A program made the position numbers and the translations under genes. Positions 17,855 through 27,097 of a stretch of 64,000 nucleotides of DNA are shown here, one piece after another. The DNA is from a virus. The notes below the pieces were generated by a model. The model did not search any database and had not been told where the DNA came from. It worked only from the letters and a program-made list of their open reading frames with translations. The first letter of the stretch is position 1. Every line of letters starts with the position of its first letter. The stretch lies in IMG/VR virus record IMGVR_UViG_3300008266_000014, positions 64,001-128,000 of that record; one strand, given 5' to 3'.

Positions 17855-18055
17855 ATGAGTATAGAGTTAAAAAGAGAGCAGATTGAGAAGCTGATTGACA
17901 TTTACAACCACTTCCACGAAATTCAATCATTCACAATTGCTCTGGAAGAAGATTCTGATATGATAACAGTGAGCTTTAATATTAATGATGTTAAACCAGA
18001 GCACACTACAGAAGATCGATTTGATAAACCATTTAAGAAACAGGTATTCAAATGA
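17855..18055 (+). CDS. Hypothetical protein
   Basis: AGGTG SD, compact packing. Confidence 0.6.
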   Translation: MSIELKREQIEKLIDIYNHFHEIQSFTIALEEDSDMITVSFNINDVKPEHTTEDRFDKPFKKQVFK

Positions 18056-18264
18056 AAATAGACATCAGTGATGAAACAGTATACAATCTCGTGGTTGATG
18101 TACTGATGAATGATTACAAGTATCTGTGTAGTGACATTGAACGATACCAAGATAAGACAATTCTTTCTGATATTGAACAAGAAGATTTAAGTAACTGGAT
18201 CAGTCACCGAGATGCTCTGGAAATAACAATTAACTACTATGCAGGATATAACAGCTGGAAATAA
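18052..18264 (+). CDS. Hypothetical protein
   Basis: ATGA overlap. Confidence 0.6.
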   Translation: MKIDISDETVYNLVVDVLMNDYKYLCSDIERYQDKTILSDIEQEDLSNWISHRDALEITINYYAGYNSWK

Positions 18265-18265
18265 T

Positions 18266-18715
18266 ATGAGTGATTATAGAGACACATACTACCTTGATGT
18301 TGGATTTACATGCTCCTGCTTTGACTTGTTTCATGCTGGTCATGTGTTGATGTTACAAGAAGCACGCTCACAGTGTGACTATCTGATAGTGGGATTGCAG
18401 ACCGATCCAACAATTAATCGACCAGAGAAGAACAAACCAGTCCAGTCAATCTTCGAACGATACGTTCAACTTAAAGCATGTAAGTATGTCGATGAGATTG
18501 TGATATATGAAACAGAAAATGATCTGTTGAATATTTTGAGATCTTATCGTATAGATAAAAGGTTTGTTGGTGAAGAATATCAAGACAGAATGTTTACTGG
18601 ATCTGATATCTCAACCATTGAGATAATTTATAACTCGAGAAGACACAACTTCTCAACAACAGAATTACGAAAGCGTGTTGCTGACTGCAACGCAATTGAT
18701 AGTTTAGTTAAGTAG
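18266..18715 (+). CDS. Cytidylyltransferase (TagD-like)
   Basis: FDLFHAGH (HxGH), LIVGLQTDP, KYVDE, FSTTELR. Confidence 0.9.
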   Translation: MSDYRDTYYLDVGFTCSCFDLFHAGHVLMLQEARSQCDYLIVGLQTDPTINRPEKNKPVQSIFERYVQLKACKYVDEIVIYETENDLLNILRSYRIDKRFVGEEYQDRMFTGSDISTIEIIYNSRRHNFSTTELRKRVADCNAIDSLVK

Positions 18716-18741
18716 TATCCTATCTGACCGTAGACGAGAAT

Positions 18742-18816
18742 CTGGCTATAGTTAAATGGATATAACAAGGGTCTTCTAAACCTTAATTCCTGGTTCGATT
18801 CCAGGTAGCCGGACCA
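18742..18816 (+). tRNA. tRNA-Arg (TCT)
   Basis: Cloverleaf, loop CTTCTAA, CCA. Confidence 0.92.
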
Positions 18817-18843
18817 AAAAATCAGGCCATATTTTTATTTCAT

Positions 18844-19212
18844 ATGATTTTAGTAAAAACGTATATTGATAAAAGCGACATTCATGGTGTAGGGGTGTTT
18901 GCTGCTGAGTTCATATCTAAGGGAACCAAAATTTGGGAAATTAATAGACAGCTAGATTTAGAGTGGGCAATCGAAGAGTTTATTGAGTTACCTCGTGAGG
19001 CTCAGCTCTATATTCAGCACTGGGGATATAGAGATCCTGAAACATTAATGTATAGACTAAGTTTTGATAATGATAGATTTATGAATTGGAGTAGTGATCC
19101 TAACGTAATTGGTAATTCTAAAGAAACATTTGCAGCAAGAGATATAGACAAATATCAAGAGCTGACTTATCCTTTCAGTGAAGATCTGTTTTCTCAGTTT
19201 ACTTCAAGTTAA
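18844..19212 (+). CDS. SET-domain protein
   Basis: SDIHGVGVFAAEFISKG, RFMNWSSDPN, AARDI..QELTY. Confidence 0.8.
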   Translation: MILVKTYIDKSDIHGVGVFAAEFISKGTKIWEINRQLDLEWAIEEFIELPREAQLYIQHWGYRDPETLMYRLSFDNDRFMNWSSDPNVIGNSKETFAARDIDKYQELTYPFSEDLFSQFTSS

Positions 19213-19213
19213 T

Positions 19214-19288
19214 GCGGGTGTAACTCAGTGGTAGAGTGTCAGCCTTCCAAGCTGTTCGTCGCAGGTTCGATCCCTGTCACCCGCTCCA
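19214..19288 (+). tRNA. tRNA-Gly (TCC)
   Basis: Cloverleaf GCGGGTG/CACCCGC, loop CTTCCAA, CCA. Confidence 0.95.
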
Positions 19289-19301
19289 TTATTACAACAA
19301 A

Positions 19302-19868
19302 ATGCAAAATCTAATTTTAACTTTAGATAGTAGTGGAATACCAAACAACTGGACAACGTGGCAAGAAGCAGTACTATTAAAATGTAAGGGATTGATTGCA
19401 TGGGAGTTTGGTGATAGAGAGTTCATGTTCAGAGGTGGTATATCAAGAATAACCGGAGAGCAGTCGGTAATTGAAGTGTCCTCTATTATTGCATTGAAGA
19501 CTAAATTCAAATACAAGGGACGCACCCCCACATTCTCTAACAGAAATCTTTTTAGACGCGATTTACATACGTGTGCATATTGTGGTAAGAGCTCTGGGGA
19601 TCATGAACTAACGAAGGATCATATCATTCCGATATCTAAAAAAGGTCCTACGTCTTGGATGAATTGTGTTACTTCCTGTAAGAAGTGTAATGGTAAGAAA
19701 GGGAACAGAACCCCAGAAGAGTCTGGTATGCATCTTCTTTATGTGCCATATATACCAGATAAGGCAGAATCGTTGATCCTGCAAAACAGAAACATTCTTG
19801 CAGACCAAATGCAGTTTTTGTTGAATTTCATTCCCAAACACAGTAGAGTGTGGAACACTGTTGATTAA
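19302..19868 (+). CDS. HNH endonuclease (McrA-like)
   Basis: RD..CAYCG, TKDHIIP, NCVTSCKKCN.KK..TPEE. Confidence 0.9.
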   Translation: MQNLILTLDSSGIPNNWTTWQEAVLLKCKGLIAWEFGDREFMFRGGISRITGEQSVIEVSSIIALKTKFKYKGRTPTFSNRNLFRRDLHTCAYCGKSSGDHELTKDHIIPISKKGPTSWMNCVTSCKKCNGKKGNRTPEESGMHLLYVPYIPDKAESLILQNRNILADQMQFLLNFIPKHSRVWNTVD

Positions 19869-19901
19869 CAGATTGAATTCTTTACTATGAGGTAACACAC
19901 A

Positions 19902-20222
19902 ATGCTTCAGCAGACAAATAAGTTAATGAAAAGTAGCATCATATCAAAGCAGTTTAATTATGTTGAATTTGACCCTAACAACAAAAAACATAGAATAGCT
20001 TTCTTTCAGTTTAAAGTCTCTGGTAAGTGGCCAGATAATATGAGATTTAATCTTGATCCGTTGTATGGAAATGTTCCGTCAATGATTAATCAGAAACTTC
20101 TTGATTTTTATTTTGCAAGAGATAGAGCTATCCCTAAAGATCTCAAAGAGAAATATAGTGAGAAGAAACTAGTATACCCTATAAGTGACATGACTGAAAT
20201 GACAGGAGAAGAAATTGAGTGA
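19902..20222 (+). CDS. Hypothetical protein
   Basis: GAGG SD; FDPNNKKHR..F..F...GKW motif. Confidence 0.6.
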   Translation: MLQQTNKLMKSSIISKQFNYVEFDPNNKKHRIAFFQFKVSGKWPDNMRFNLDPLYGNVPSMINQKLLDFYFARDRAIPKDLKEKYSEKKLVYPISDMTEMTGEEIE

Positions 20223-20913
20223 CAATGATCCCAAAGTTGATGTTTCGAATCTAATTAAGCAGCGATTGAAAGCTGCGAATGCACAATACAAAGCATGTGA
20301 CAATATCTCTTCATACATTAACGAAGAAGAGATACCCCTTCTCATAGATGAGGTCAAGTATAAGTTTCAGCAGGTACTTGACTCTCTCATTATCGATACA
20401 GAAAACGATCCTAACTCCAAAGACACAGCAAAGCGTCTTGCAAAGATGTATGTGTATGAGTTGATGTCTGGTCGTTATGAACCAAAACCAGATGTCACTT
20501 CATTTCCTAACGAAGGTGAAAACAGATTCGAAGGAATGCTGGTTGTTCGAGCAGAGATTCGTTCTATGTGCTCGCATCACCACCAGCCAGTGAAGGGTGT
20601 TTGTTATATTGGTATTGTTCCTACTGGTCGAGTAATTGGATTGTCGAAGTATGTTCGTATTGCACAATGGTGTGCACGTCGTGGACAATTACAAGAAGAA
20701 TTAGTTAATCAAATTGCAGGGGAAATTATGAAAGCAACAGAGACAGAAAATGTTGCTGTGTATATTGAGGCCACACATGGATGTATGGATAACAGAGGAG
20801 TAATGGCACACTCATCAATGACTCAGACATCTGCTGTGCATGGATTGTTCCACAACAATAGTGTCAAGCAAGAATTCTTTGACAACATTAAATTACAGTC
20901 GATGAGATGTTGA
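20215..20913 (+). CDS. folE: GTP cyclohydrolase I
   Basis: TAKRLAKMY, SMCSHH, GLSK..R, QLQE, HGCM..RG; TTG start with AGGAG SD. Confidence 0.95.
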   Translation: MSDNDPKVDVSNLIKQRLKAANAQYKACDNISSYINEEEIPLLIDEVKYKFQQVLDSLIIDTENDPNSKDTAKRLAKMYVYELMSGRYEPKPDVTSFPNEGENRFEGMLVVRAEIRSMCSHHHQPVKGVCYIGIVPTGRVIGLSKYVRIAQWCARRGQLQEELVNQIAGEIMKATETENVAVYIEATHGCMDNRGVMAHSSMTQTSAVHGLFHNNSVKQEFFDNIKLQSMRC

Positions 20914-20944
20914 CACTGAGTATAACTTTTTATAAGGTAGTTAA

Positions 20945-21157
20945 CTGAGAGATTTATCAGTATTTGCTCAAGAAGTATGGGCTGCAGAAAGTCTTGAAGC
21001 TAAACGTAGTGCAATGCTATGTTTATTAGGGGAGCTTCAACACAGGCAAAAGTTGCAACAGTTCATCAAGGAGGTAGAAACAACTACATCTTTGAAACGT
21101 CTCGACTTCTTGGCTGCTAATCTCGTGTTAAGAGACGGTGACCCTGTAATTAAATAA
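20945..21157 (+). CDS. Hypothetical protein with apparent CTG start (70 aa)
   Basis: Stop-free frame (M)RDLSVFAQEVWAAESLEAKR...DPVIK fills the gap; AAGGT SD upstream; in-frame TAA just before CTG. Confidence 0.55.
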   Translation: MRDLSVFAQEVWAAESLEAKRSAMLCLLGELQHRQKLQQFIKEVETTTSLKRLDFLAANLVLRDGDPVIK

Positions 21158-21186
21158 TTTTTTAACATGTAATAAGGAGAAATCTT

Positions 21187-21405
21187 ATGACTCAATATGA
21201 AAAAATCATCAACTTCCTAGACTCTGGTAAAGAGTTGACCGCATCGCAAGCAGCATCGCGCTTTGGTATTACTAATTTATCGGCACGTGTTCATGAACTA
21301 CGTGAAGATGGTTACAAGATTGCAACCGTAAAGACTAAGTCTGGTAAGTCGGCTTATGTCAAGGCTACTGGTAAGAAAGTTGCTCGTGCAACAGCACGTG
21401 CTTAA
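21187..21405 (+). CDS. Small winged-HTH DNA-binding protein
   Basis: LTASQAASRFGITNLSARVHELREDGYKI; strong TAAGGAG SD. Confidence 0.8.
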   Translation: MTQYEKIINFLDSGKELTASQAASRFGITNLSARVHELREDGYKIATVKTKSGKSAYVKATGKKVARATARA

Positions 21406-21422
21406 TTAATAGCACTTCTACC

Positions 21423-21453
21423 AACCCTCTCTGCAAAACAGAGAGGGTTTTTT
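21423..21453 (+). terminator. Rho-independent terminator
   Basis: aaccctctctg-caaaa-cagagagggtt followed by Ts. Confidence 0.9.
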
Positions 21454-21456
21454 CGT

Positions 21457-21933
21457 ATGCAAAGACTGACAACCAAATGGACTGACACTCTCGAGGAAGC
21501 TTTTGGTCCTCAAGTAAAGAGAGCAAGAGATGCTGAAATCATGGTAATGGATGCATTTACTAAATGGGGGTATGAAGTAATAGATCATGAGTCAGATAGG
21601 GATTTACAGACTCAAGGGCTTGATTTTTCTATACGAAAGAATACGTGGAGAAACTTTTACTCAATCGATGTGAAGGCCAACCTCGACAGCTACGGTTCTT
21701 ATTACGTTGATCTAAAACCAGATGGGTGGTTGTTTAACCCTAAAAAGACAAGTGATAGAATCTGTCATGCCTGCGTTGAGACAGGGTGGTTCCTCTGGTA
21801 CGGTAGAGACGACATGAAGAACTATATTCATAAAATGAATTTTGATATTTCCGAAGAAACAGTATTCAAGATAACTCCAAAAATTAAACTTGATTTTGTG
21901 ACACGCCGGAATGCTAACAAGGAGAGAGAATGA
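21457..21933 (+). CDS. Putative PD-(D/E)xK nuclease
   Basis: E..V.....GY, GLDF, IDVK pattern. Confidence 0.5.
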   Translation: MQRLTTKWTDTLEEAFGPQVKRARDAEIMVMDAFTKWGYEVIDHESDRDLQTQGLDFSIRKNTWRNFYSIDVKANLDSYGSYYVDLKPDGWLFNPKKTSDRICHACVETGWFLWYGRDDMKNYIHKMNFDISEETVFKITPKIKLDFVTRRNANKERE

Positions 21934-22313
21934 TAAAAACGTCAATATGGGTCACATTCCAAAAAGAAGGAATACACAAATATCCCCAAGCAGCAACAGA
22001 CCCCAAGCTAGTCCACGTAGCATTCCTTGCAAATCCCCATCGTCACATCTTCCACTTCAGAGTCGAATTAGAAGTTTTTCATGATGACCGTGACATAGAA
22101 TTTATTTTACTGAAGCGTGAGTTGGAGGAGCTATATAATACAGGAACTCTCATGCTGAATAATATGTCATGTGAAATGATAGCAAGAGAGTTGCTGGCGT
22201 ACATATCAGAATACTACCCTGGTCGCGACTGCACCATCAGTGTTAGTGAAGATAATGAAAATGGATGCACACTTCATTATGTGAAGGAAAGTCCTAAATC
22301 TGATTGGAAATAA
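21930..22313 (+). CDS. QueD-like T-fold protein, DpdL-like (putative CDG decarboxylase)
   Basis: LANPHRHIF matches LxxxHRHxF; RDIEFI, SCEMIA, VSEDNENG. Confidence 0.7.
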   Translation: MIKTSIWVTFQKEGIHKYPQAATDPKLVHVAFLANPHRHIFHFRVELEVFHDDRDIEFILLKRELEELYNTGTLMLNNMSCEMIARELLAYISEYYPGRDCTISVSEDNENGCTLHYVKESPKSDWK

Positions 22314-22316
22314 ATT

Positions 22317-23171
22317 ATGGCTACATTCTGTCACATCGCTCCCATCCCACACCTAGATATCATCAAAGGATCAAAGGCTCATCTTGCGCTTGCACATCTT
22401 ATCGAGCAAAGCGAAGAGTACACTTCCTTTTATGCCAAGGAAAGACAAAATGGCAGTATGGTAATTCTAGATAATTCTGCTTTTGAAATGTACAAGCAAG
22501 GGAAGCCAATGTATGAAATACCCAAGCTGATTGAGATGGCAGATCGACTGAAAGCAGATTATGTTGTAATGTCGGATTATCCAAACGACTACAGCAAAAC
22601 AACAATCAGTGCTGCAAAAGAAATTGCACCTGTTTTGAAGGACAAAGGATACGGTACTTTCTTTTGTCCACAGTCTAAGATTGGAGACAAGGGTGATTTG
22701 TTTAATTGTTTTGAATGGGCCGCTGATTCTGATCTCGTTGACTATATCGGTGTATCAATTCTTGCAATTCCAAATGCTTATGGTGTGGAAAAAAAGAACA
22801 AACTCCAGCGTTTTGTTAGCCGGTATATGTTTATGCAGGAGTTGAGAGATAGTGGTGTACTTGATCATGCAAAGTCCAAAGGTAAAAAGATCCACATGCT
22901 CGGTATGTTAGATGGTCCTGGTGAGATTAGATTGATGGAATCATTTAAAGACTATATCGATACGTGGGACAGTAGTGCTGCGATGTGGTTAGGTCTTCAT
23001 GCCGGTAAAACATTCGACAGTTCCCCAACAGGACTGATAAACGGTAAGTATGAGGAAGAAGTAGACTTTGATTATCAAAATGATAAAGGTAAGTTGAATG
23101 CAATTATCAACATGAGTATAATCAACAACTATATTCAAATGTACCTAACACCGGAGAGCGATGATGAGTAA
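22317..23171 (+). CDS. TGT/DpdA-like transglycosylase (DpdA3-like)
   Basis: ILDNSAFE (cf. DSGAF), HMLG, DTWDSS TIM-barrel motifs; next to deazaguanine genes. Confidence 0.55.
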   Translation: MATFCHIAPIPHLDIIKGSKAHLALAHLIEQSEEYTSFYAKERQNGSMVILDNSAFEMYKQGKPMYEIPKLIEMADRLKADYVVMSDYPNDYSKTTISAAKEIAPVLKDKGYGTFFCPQSKIGDKGDLFNCFEWAADSDLVDYIGVSILAIPNAYGVEKKNKLQRFVSRYMFMQELRDSGVLDHAKSKGKKIHMLGMLDGPGEIRLMESFKDYIDTWDSSAAMWLGLHAGKTFDSSPTGLINGKYEEEVDFDYQNDKGKLNAIINMSIINNYIQMYLTPESDDE

Positions 23172-23541
23172 TTACAGATACAATGAAGATGTGTATCTTG
23201 GTAACATAATGAAATACCTTAAAGGAACATATGGAGAACATTATGTTGCTAAAGATATCCAGGTAATTGATATATGGGAGTCTCTAGACTCTCTTGAGTC
23301 TACAGCAAGAGACACAGCTATTAAATATCTATGTCGGTATGGAAAAAAGGATGGCAAGAATCGAAAAGATTTAATGAAGGCGATTCATTACATCATTCTT
23401 ATGATGTACGCAAGTGATAGGCAGGATCAACAAGAAAAGATCGATGCTTCCAAATACGAGGCTGTAAAAAACAATCAGCCAGAAATTCAAGATGCTTATG
23501 ATAAGGTGAATAATTATGATACATATCTCAGGACATCATAG
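23161..23541 (+). CDS. DUF3310-like protein (nucleotide kinase-related)
   Basis: TYGEHY, KYLCRYGKKDG, DLMKAIHY. Confidence 0.7.
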   Translation: MMSNYRYNEDVYLGNIMKYLKGTYGEHYVAKDIQVIDIWESLDSLESTARDTAIKYLCRYGKKDGKNRKDLMKAIHYIILMMYASDRQDQQEKIDASKYEAVKNNQPEIQDAYDKVNNYDTYLRTS

Positions 23542-24007
23542 TAAATCAACTCTTACAAATGTAAGAGAAAATGATAATCAACCCAATGCTGTTGACCTTC
23601 GGTTAGATAAAGTTTTCGTCATTGCTAAAAACAATTTTGTGATTAGTGAAGATGAAAAACAGCACAGAGGTACTATCGAGTGGATACCAGATGAGGATGG
23701 GTGGTTTACCCTTTCTGAAGGCACGTACGAAGTTGTAATGGAAAACATTATTCATGTTGGTCCAGATGAAGCAGGATGGGTAATTACAAGATCCACACTA
23801 AACCGTAATGGGGTTTTTATAACTTCTGGTCTGTATGATTCTGGATATCATGGTGTTATGGCAGGTGCTCTTCATGTAAGGGGAGGACCTTTAAAGATTA
23901 AAAGAGGAACACGAGTTGCTCAGTTCCTTCTTTTCAAAGCCGAGGCTCTCTCAGAATATAATGGATCTTATGGTTTGAAAAGTGAACACGATAAAAAATA
24001 CGTATAA
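23516..24007 (+). CDS. Trimeric dUTPase / dCTP deaminase
   Basis: PNAVDLR, RSTLNRNG, YDSGYHG, RVAQ, YNGSY. Confidence 0.85.
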   Translation: MIHISGHHSKSTLTNVRENDNQPNAVDLRLDKVFVIAKNNFVISEDEKQHRGTIEWIPDEDGWFTLSEGTYEVVMENIIHVGPDEAGWVITRSTLNRNGVFITSGLYDSGYHGVMAGALHVRGGPLKIKRGTRVAQFLLFKAEALSEYNGSYGLKSEHDKKYV

Positions 24008-24018
24008 GGAGATAGACT

Positions 24019-24984
24019 ATGGCAGAGCCTTTTAAATTGCAGGTAAGTGTGGAAGAATTACAGAAACGTAAATTGTTTCTCGCAGTTCCAATGTATGGTG
24101 GTCAGTGTGCAGGTATGTTTACAAGATCAGTAGCAGATCTTTCAGCACTATGTACCAAATATCAAATACCTCTTCAAATGTTTTTCTTGTTTAATGAGTC
24201 GCTTATTACTCGAGCAAGAAACTACTGCGTTGATGAGTTCATGCGTTCAGGTGCAACTCACTTGATGTTTATCGATAGTGATATTGGATTCAACCCTCAA
24301 GATGTTATTGCCCTGCTTGCAATGCAGGATGACGCAAGCCCCTATGATGTTATTGGCGGTCCATATCCTAAGAAATGTATTTCATGGGAAAAGATCAAAC
24401 AAGCTGTTGATAAAGGAATGGCTGATGAAGATCCGCAACGACTAGAGAAGTATGTCGGTGACTATGTTTTCAATCCAAAAACAACATCCCGTGAGATTCC
24501 AATCAACCAGCCTGTAGAAGTTCTTGAGATTGGTACTGGCTTTATGATGGTTCGTCGTAAGACATTTGAAGACTATCAAAAAGCATTTCCTCATCTCTGG
24601 TACAAACCAGATCACGTTCGCACAGAAGCATTTGATGGTTCTCGTGAGATCATGGCATACTTTGATTGTATTATTGATCGTGGGTATGGTTATGAATATC
24701 TACATCAACTGTTACGTGACGTGGCTGATGGTAAAGAGGGCATACAAGAAGTAGCTAAGAAAATGGTTGAAGGTGAGGCTCATTCATCGAAGCGATATCT
24801 GTCCGAAGACTATATGTTTTGCTACAATGTTCAACGGATGGGTGCTAAAGTCTGGTTCTGTCCTTGGATGCAGCTACAACACGTTGGTAGTTATGTATTC
24901 GGTGGTTCTCTTGCTGATCTTGCATCCATTGGTGCTTCTGCAACAGCAGATTCAGGACAGCTAAAAAAAGCCAAGAAGAAGTAA
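24019..24984 (+). CDS. GT-A fold glycosyltransferase-like protein
   Basis: ESLITRARN, LMFIDSDIGF (DxD), GTGFM, YLSEDYMFC. Confidence 0.7.
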   Translation: MAEPFKLQVSVEELQKRKLFLAVPMYGGQCAGMFTRSVADLSALCTKYQIPLQMFFLFNESLITRARNYCVDEFMRSGATHLMFIDSDIGFNPQDVIALLAMQDDASPYDVIGGPYPKKCISWEKIKQAVDKGMADEDPQRLEKYVGDYVFNPKTTSREIPINQPVEVLEIGTGFMMVRRKTFEDYQKAFPHLWYKPDHVRTEAFDGSREIMAYFDCIIDRGYGYEYLHQLLRDVADGKEGIQEVAKKMVEGEAHSSKRYLSEDYMFCYNVQRMGAKVWFCPWMQLQHVGSYVFGGSLADLASIGASATADSGQLKKAKKK

Positions 24985-25003
24985 TTTTTTAGGAATCTAT
25001 ATT

Positions 25004-25681
25004 ATGAAGTTTAGTGCACGTACAATTCAAATCCTGAAGAACTTTAATCAGATCAATCAGAGTATTATCTTTGCACCAGGAAACACTATTAAGACAGTAT
25101 CTCCAATGATGACTGTCATGGCTAAAGCTACGATCGACGAAACTATCCCTCGTAGCTTTGCCATCTTCGATCTGTCACGTTTCCTTGGTGTTCTATCTCT
25201 CTTTGATGATCCAGAGATTGATTTTAGTGAAAAGTTCCTAGAAATTAAAAGTGGCAAACAAAAACTTAGCTACCAGTATGCGGATCCTAGCCATATCAAA
25301 GCTCCACCAGAGAAAGAGATAGAGATTCCTGCAGACAATGTTGAGAAGATTCTCACTGCTGCGACAATGCAATCAGTAATGAAAGCAGTTGCAGTTCTTC
25401 AACTACCAGACATTGCTTTTACTGGAAAAGATGGTAATATGTTTATTGAGGCAATCGATACATCACCAAAATCAAAAGCGGTTGGTGTATCGAGTGACAC
25501 ATTCGCTATTAACATTGGTGAGACCACCAAACAGTTCAAAGTAATTGTTAAGCCGGATAATATTAAACTACTTCATGGTGATTACACTCTCAAGATCTCA
25601 TCCAAGAAAGTTCTCTACCTACAAGGTCCAGACGTCCAGTATTGGATTGCCTGCGAGGAGAGCTCTGTCTATAATGGATGA
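25004..25681 (+). CDS. gp45: Sliding clamp
   Basis: LKNF..INQSI, FAIFDLSRFL, YWIA.E; synteny. Confidence 0.93.
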   Translation: MKFSARTIQILKNFNQINQSIIFAPGNTIKTVSPMMTVMAKATIDETIPRSFAIFDLSRFLGVLSLFDDPEIDFSEKFLEIKSGKQKLSYQYADPSHIKAPPEKEIEIPADNVEKILTAATMQSVMKAVAVLQLPDIAFTGKDGNMFIEAIDTSPKSKAVGVSSDTFAINIGETTKQFKVIVKPDNIKLLHGDYTLKISSKKVLYLQGPDVQYWIACEESSVYNG

Positions 25682-25696
25682 ATTTGAGGTGACTAA

Positions 25697-26635
25697 ATGC
25701 ATGATGATTTCTTGTGGGTTGAACGATTTAGACCAAAGTCAGTATCGGAAACAGTTCTTCCAGCATCACTGAAGCAGACGTTTCAGCAGTTCGTAGATCA
25801 GAAGAACATTCCTAATCTACTACTATCTGGTCGTGCAGGGGTTGGTAAGACAACAATTGCTCGAGCAATGTTGGAAGAACTGGGAAATGATTACCTCGTC
25901 ATCAATGGATCGATGAATGGTAACATTGACACTCTTCGTAACGACATCAGACAGTTTGCATCGTCGGTATCTTTTTATGGCGGACGTAAGTACGTCATAC
26001 TTGATGAGGCTGACTATCTGAATCCAAATAGTACACAACCAGCTCTTCGTAACTTCATGGAAGAGTTTTCAAAGAATTGTGGGTTCATTCTTACTTGCAA
26101 TTACGTTAATCGTATTATCGAACCACTGCATAGTCGTTGTTCGGTAGTTGAGTTCAAGATAGACAAAGAAGAAAAGCCAAAGATGGCTGGTGCTTTCTTC
26201 AAGCGTGTTTGTCATATACTTGAACAAGAAGGTGTTGAATATGATCAGAAAGCTGTTATCGAGGTTATCAAGAAGTTCTTCCCAGATTGGAGAAGAGTAC
26301 TAAACGAACTTCAACGATATTCTGCTACTGGTAAAATTGATTCCGGTATCCTTGTTAATTTCTCTGATGATAATCTCAAGCACATTGTTGAGTTAATCAA
26401 GCAGAAAAACTTTACAGAAATTCGAAAGTGGGTTGGAGAAAATTCTGATATTGACACAACAACATTCTTTCGCAAGTTGTACGATACTGCTTCTGAATAC
26501 TTAAAGCCATCATCCATCCCTCAGTTAGTATTGATCCTTGCTCAATACCAATATAAGGCAGCTTTCGTTGCAGACCATGAAATAAATATTCTGGCTTGTC
26601 TAACAGAAATAATGGTCGAAGGAGAATTTAAATGA
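25697..26635 (+). CDS. gp44: Clamp loader large subunit
   Basis: WVERFRP, GVGKTT, LDEAD, SRC. Confidence 0.97.
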   Translation: MHDDFLWVERFRPKSVSETVLPASLKQTFQQFVDQKNIPNLLLSGRAGVGKTTIARAMLEELGNDYLVINGSMNGNIDTLRNDIRQFASSVSFYGGRKYVILDEADYLNPNSTQPALRNFMEEFSKNCGFILTCNYVNRIIEPLHSRCSVVEFKIDKEEKPKMAGAFFKRVCHILEQEGVEYDQKAVIEVIKKFFPDWRRVLNELQRYSATGKIDSGILVNFSDDNLKHIVELIKQKNFTEIRKWVGENSDIDTTTFFRKLYDTASEYLKPSSIPQLVLILAQYQYKAAFVADHEINILACLTEIMVEGEFK

Positions 26636-26814
26636 GTGTACTGCTGAGTGAGTTTGAGCAAGGTCAGATAAACACAAGAGTGTTTAGACTTAATGACGGT
26701 AATTATCAAGTACTCGTTTTCAATGCAACAACAGGGAAAGAAGTAGCTGAGTTCTTTAAAAATTATGAGCAAGCCTGTAATTTTGCTGAAAATAAAGTGC
26801 TTCTAAATGAATGA
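26632..26814 (+). CDS. Hypothetical protein
   Basis: Overlapping start and stop codons. Confidence 0.6.
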   Translation: MSVLLSEFEQGQINTRVFRLNDGNYQVLVFNATTGKEVAEFFKNYEQACNFAENKVLLNE

Positions 26815-27094
26815 TGCTGTTAGAGGAGTTTTTGACTGGATTAGGACTGACTATAATTCAAACCGTTTTCGTTTCTGTGTTGAGTTATTGGCTTGGGCTA
26901 TTTCTATTTGTTGTGCTCTTACTATGGCTCTCACTGTGCCTGACCCACCTCTTCGAATACTCTACCCGATTTGGATTCTTGGGTGTTCTATGTATGCTTG
27001 GGCTGCTTGGACTCGTAGGTCTTTCGGTATGCTCGCAAACTATATGCTGTTAGTCACTATTGATATGGTAGGTCTCATTAGAATGATTGGGTAG
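26807..27094 (+). CDS. Small multi-pass membrane protein
   Basis: Three hydrophobic segments. Confidence 0.65.
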   Translation: MNDAVRGVFDWIRTDYNSNRFRFCVELLAWAISICCALTMALTVPDPPLRILYPIWILGCSMYAWAAWTRRSFGMLANYMLLVTIDMVGLIRMIG

Positions 27095-27097
27095 GGT

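Noticed and set aside
19236-19301. N-terminal extension of the HNH ORF
   Set aside because: Overlaps tRNA-Gly; ATG 19302 is the plausible start.
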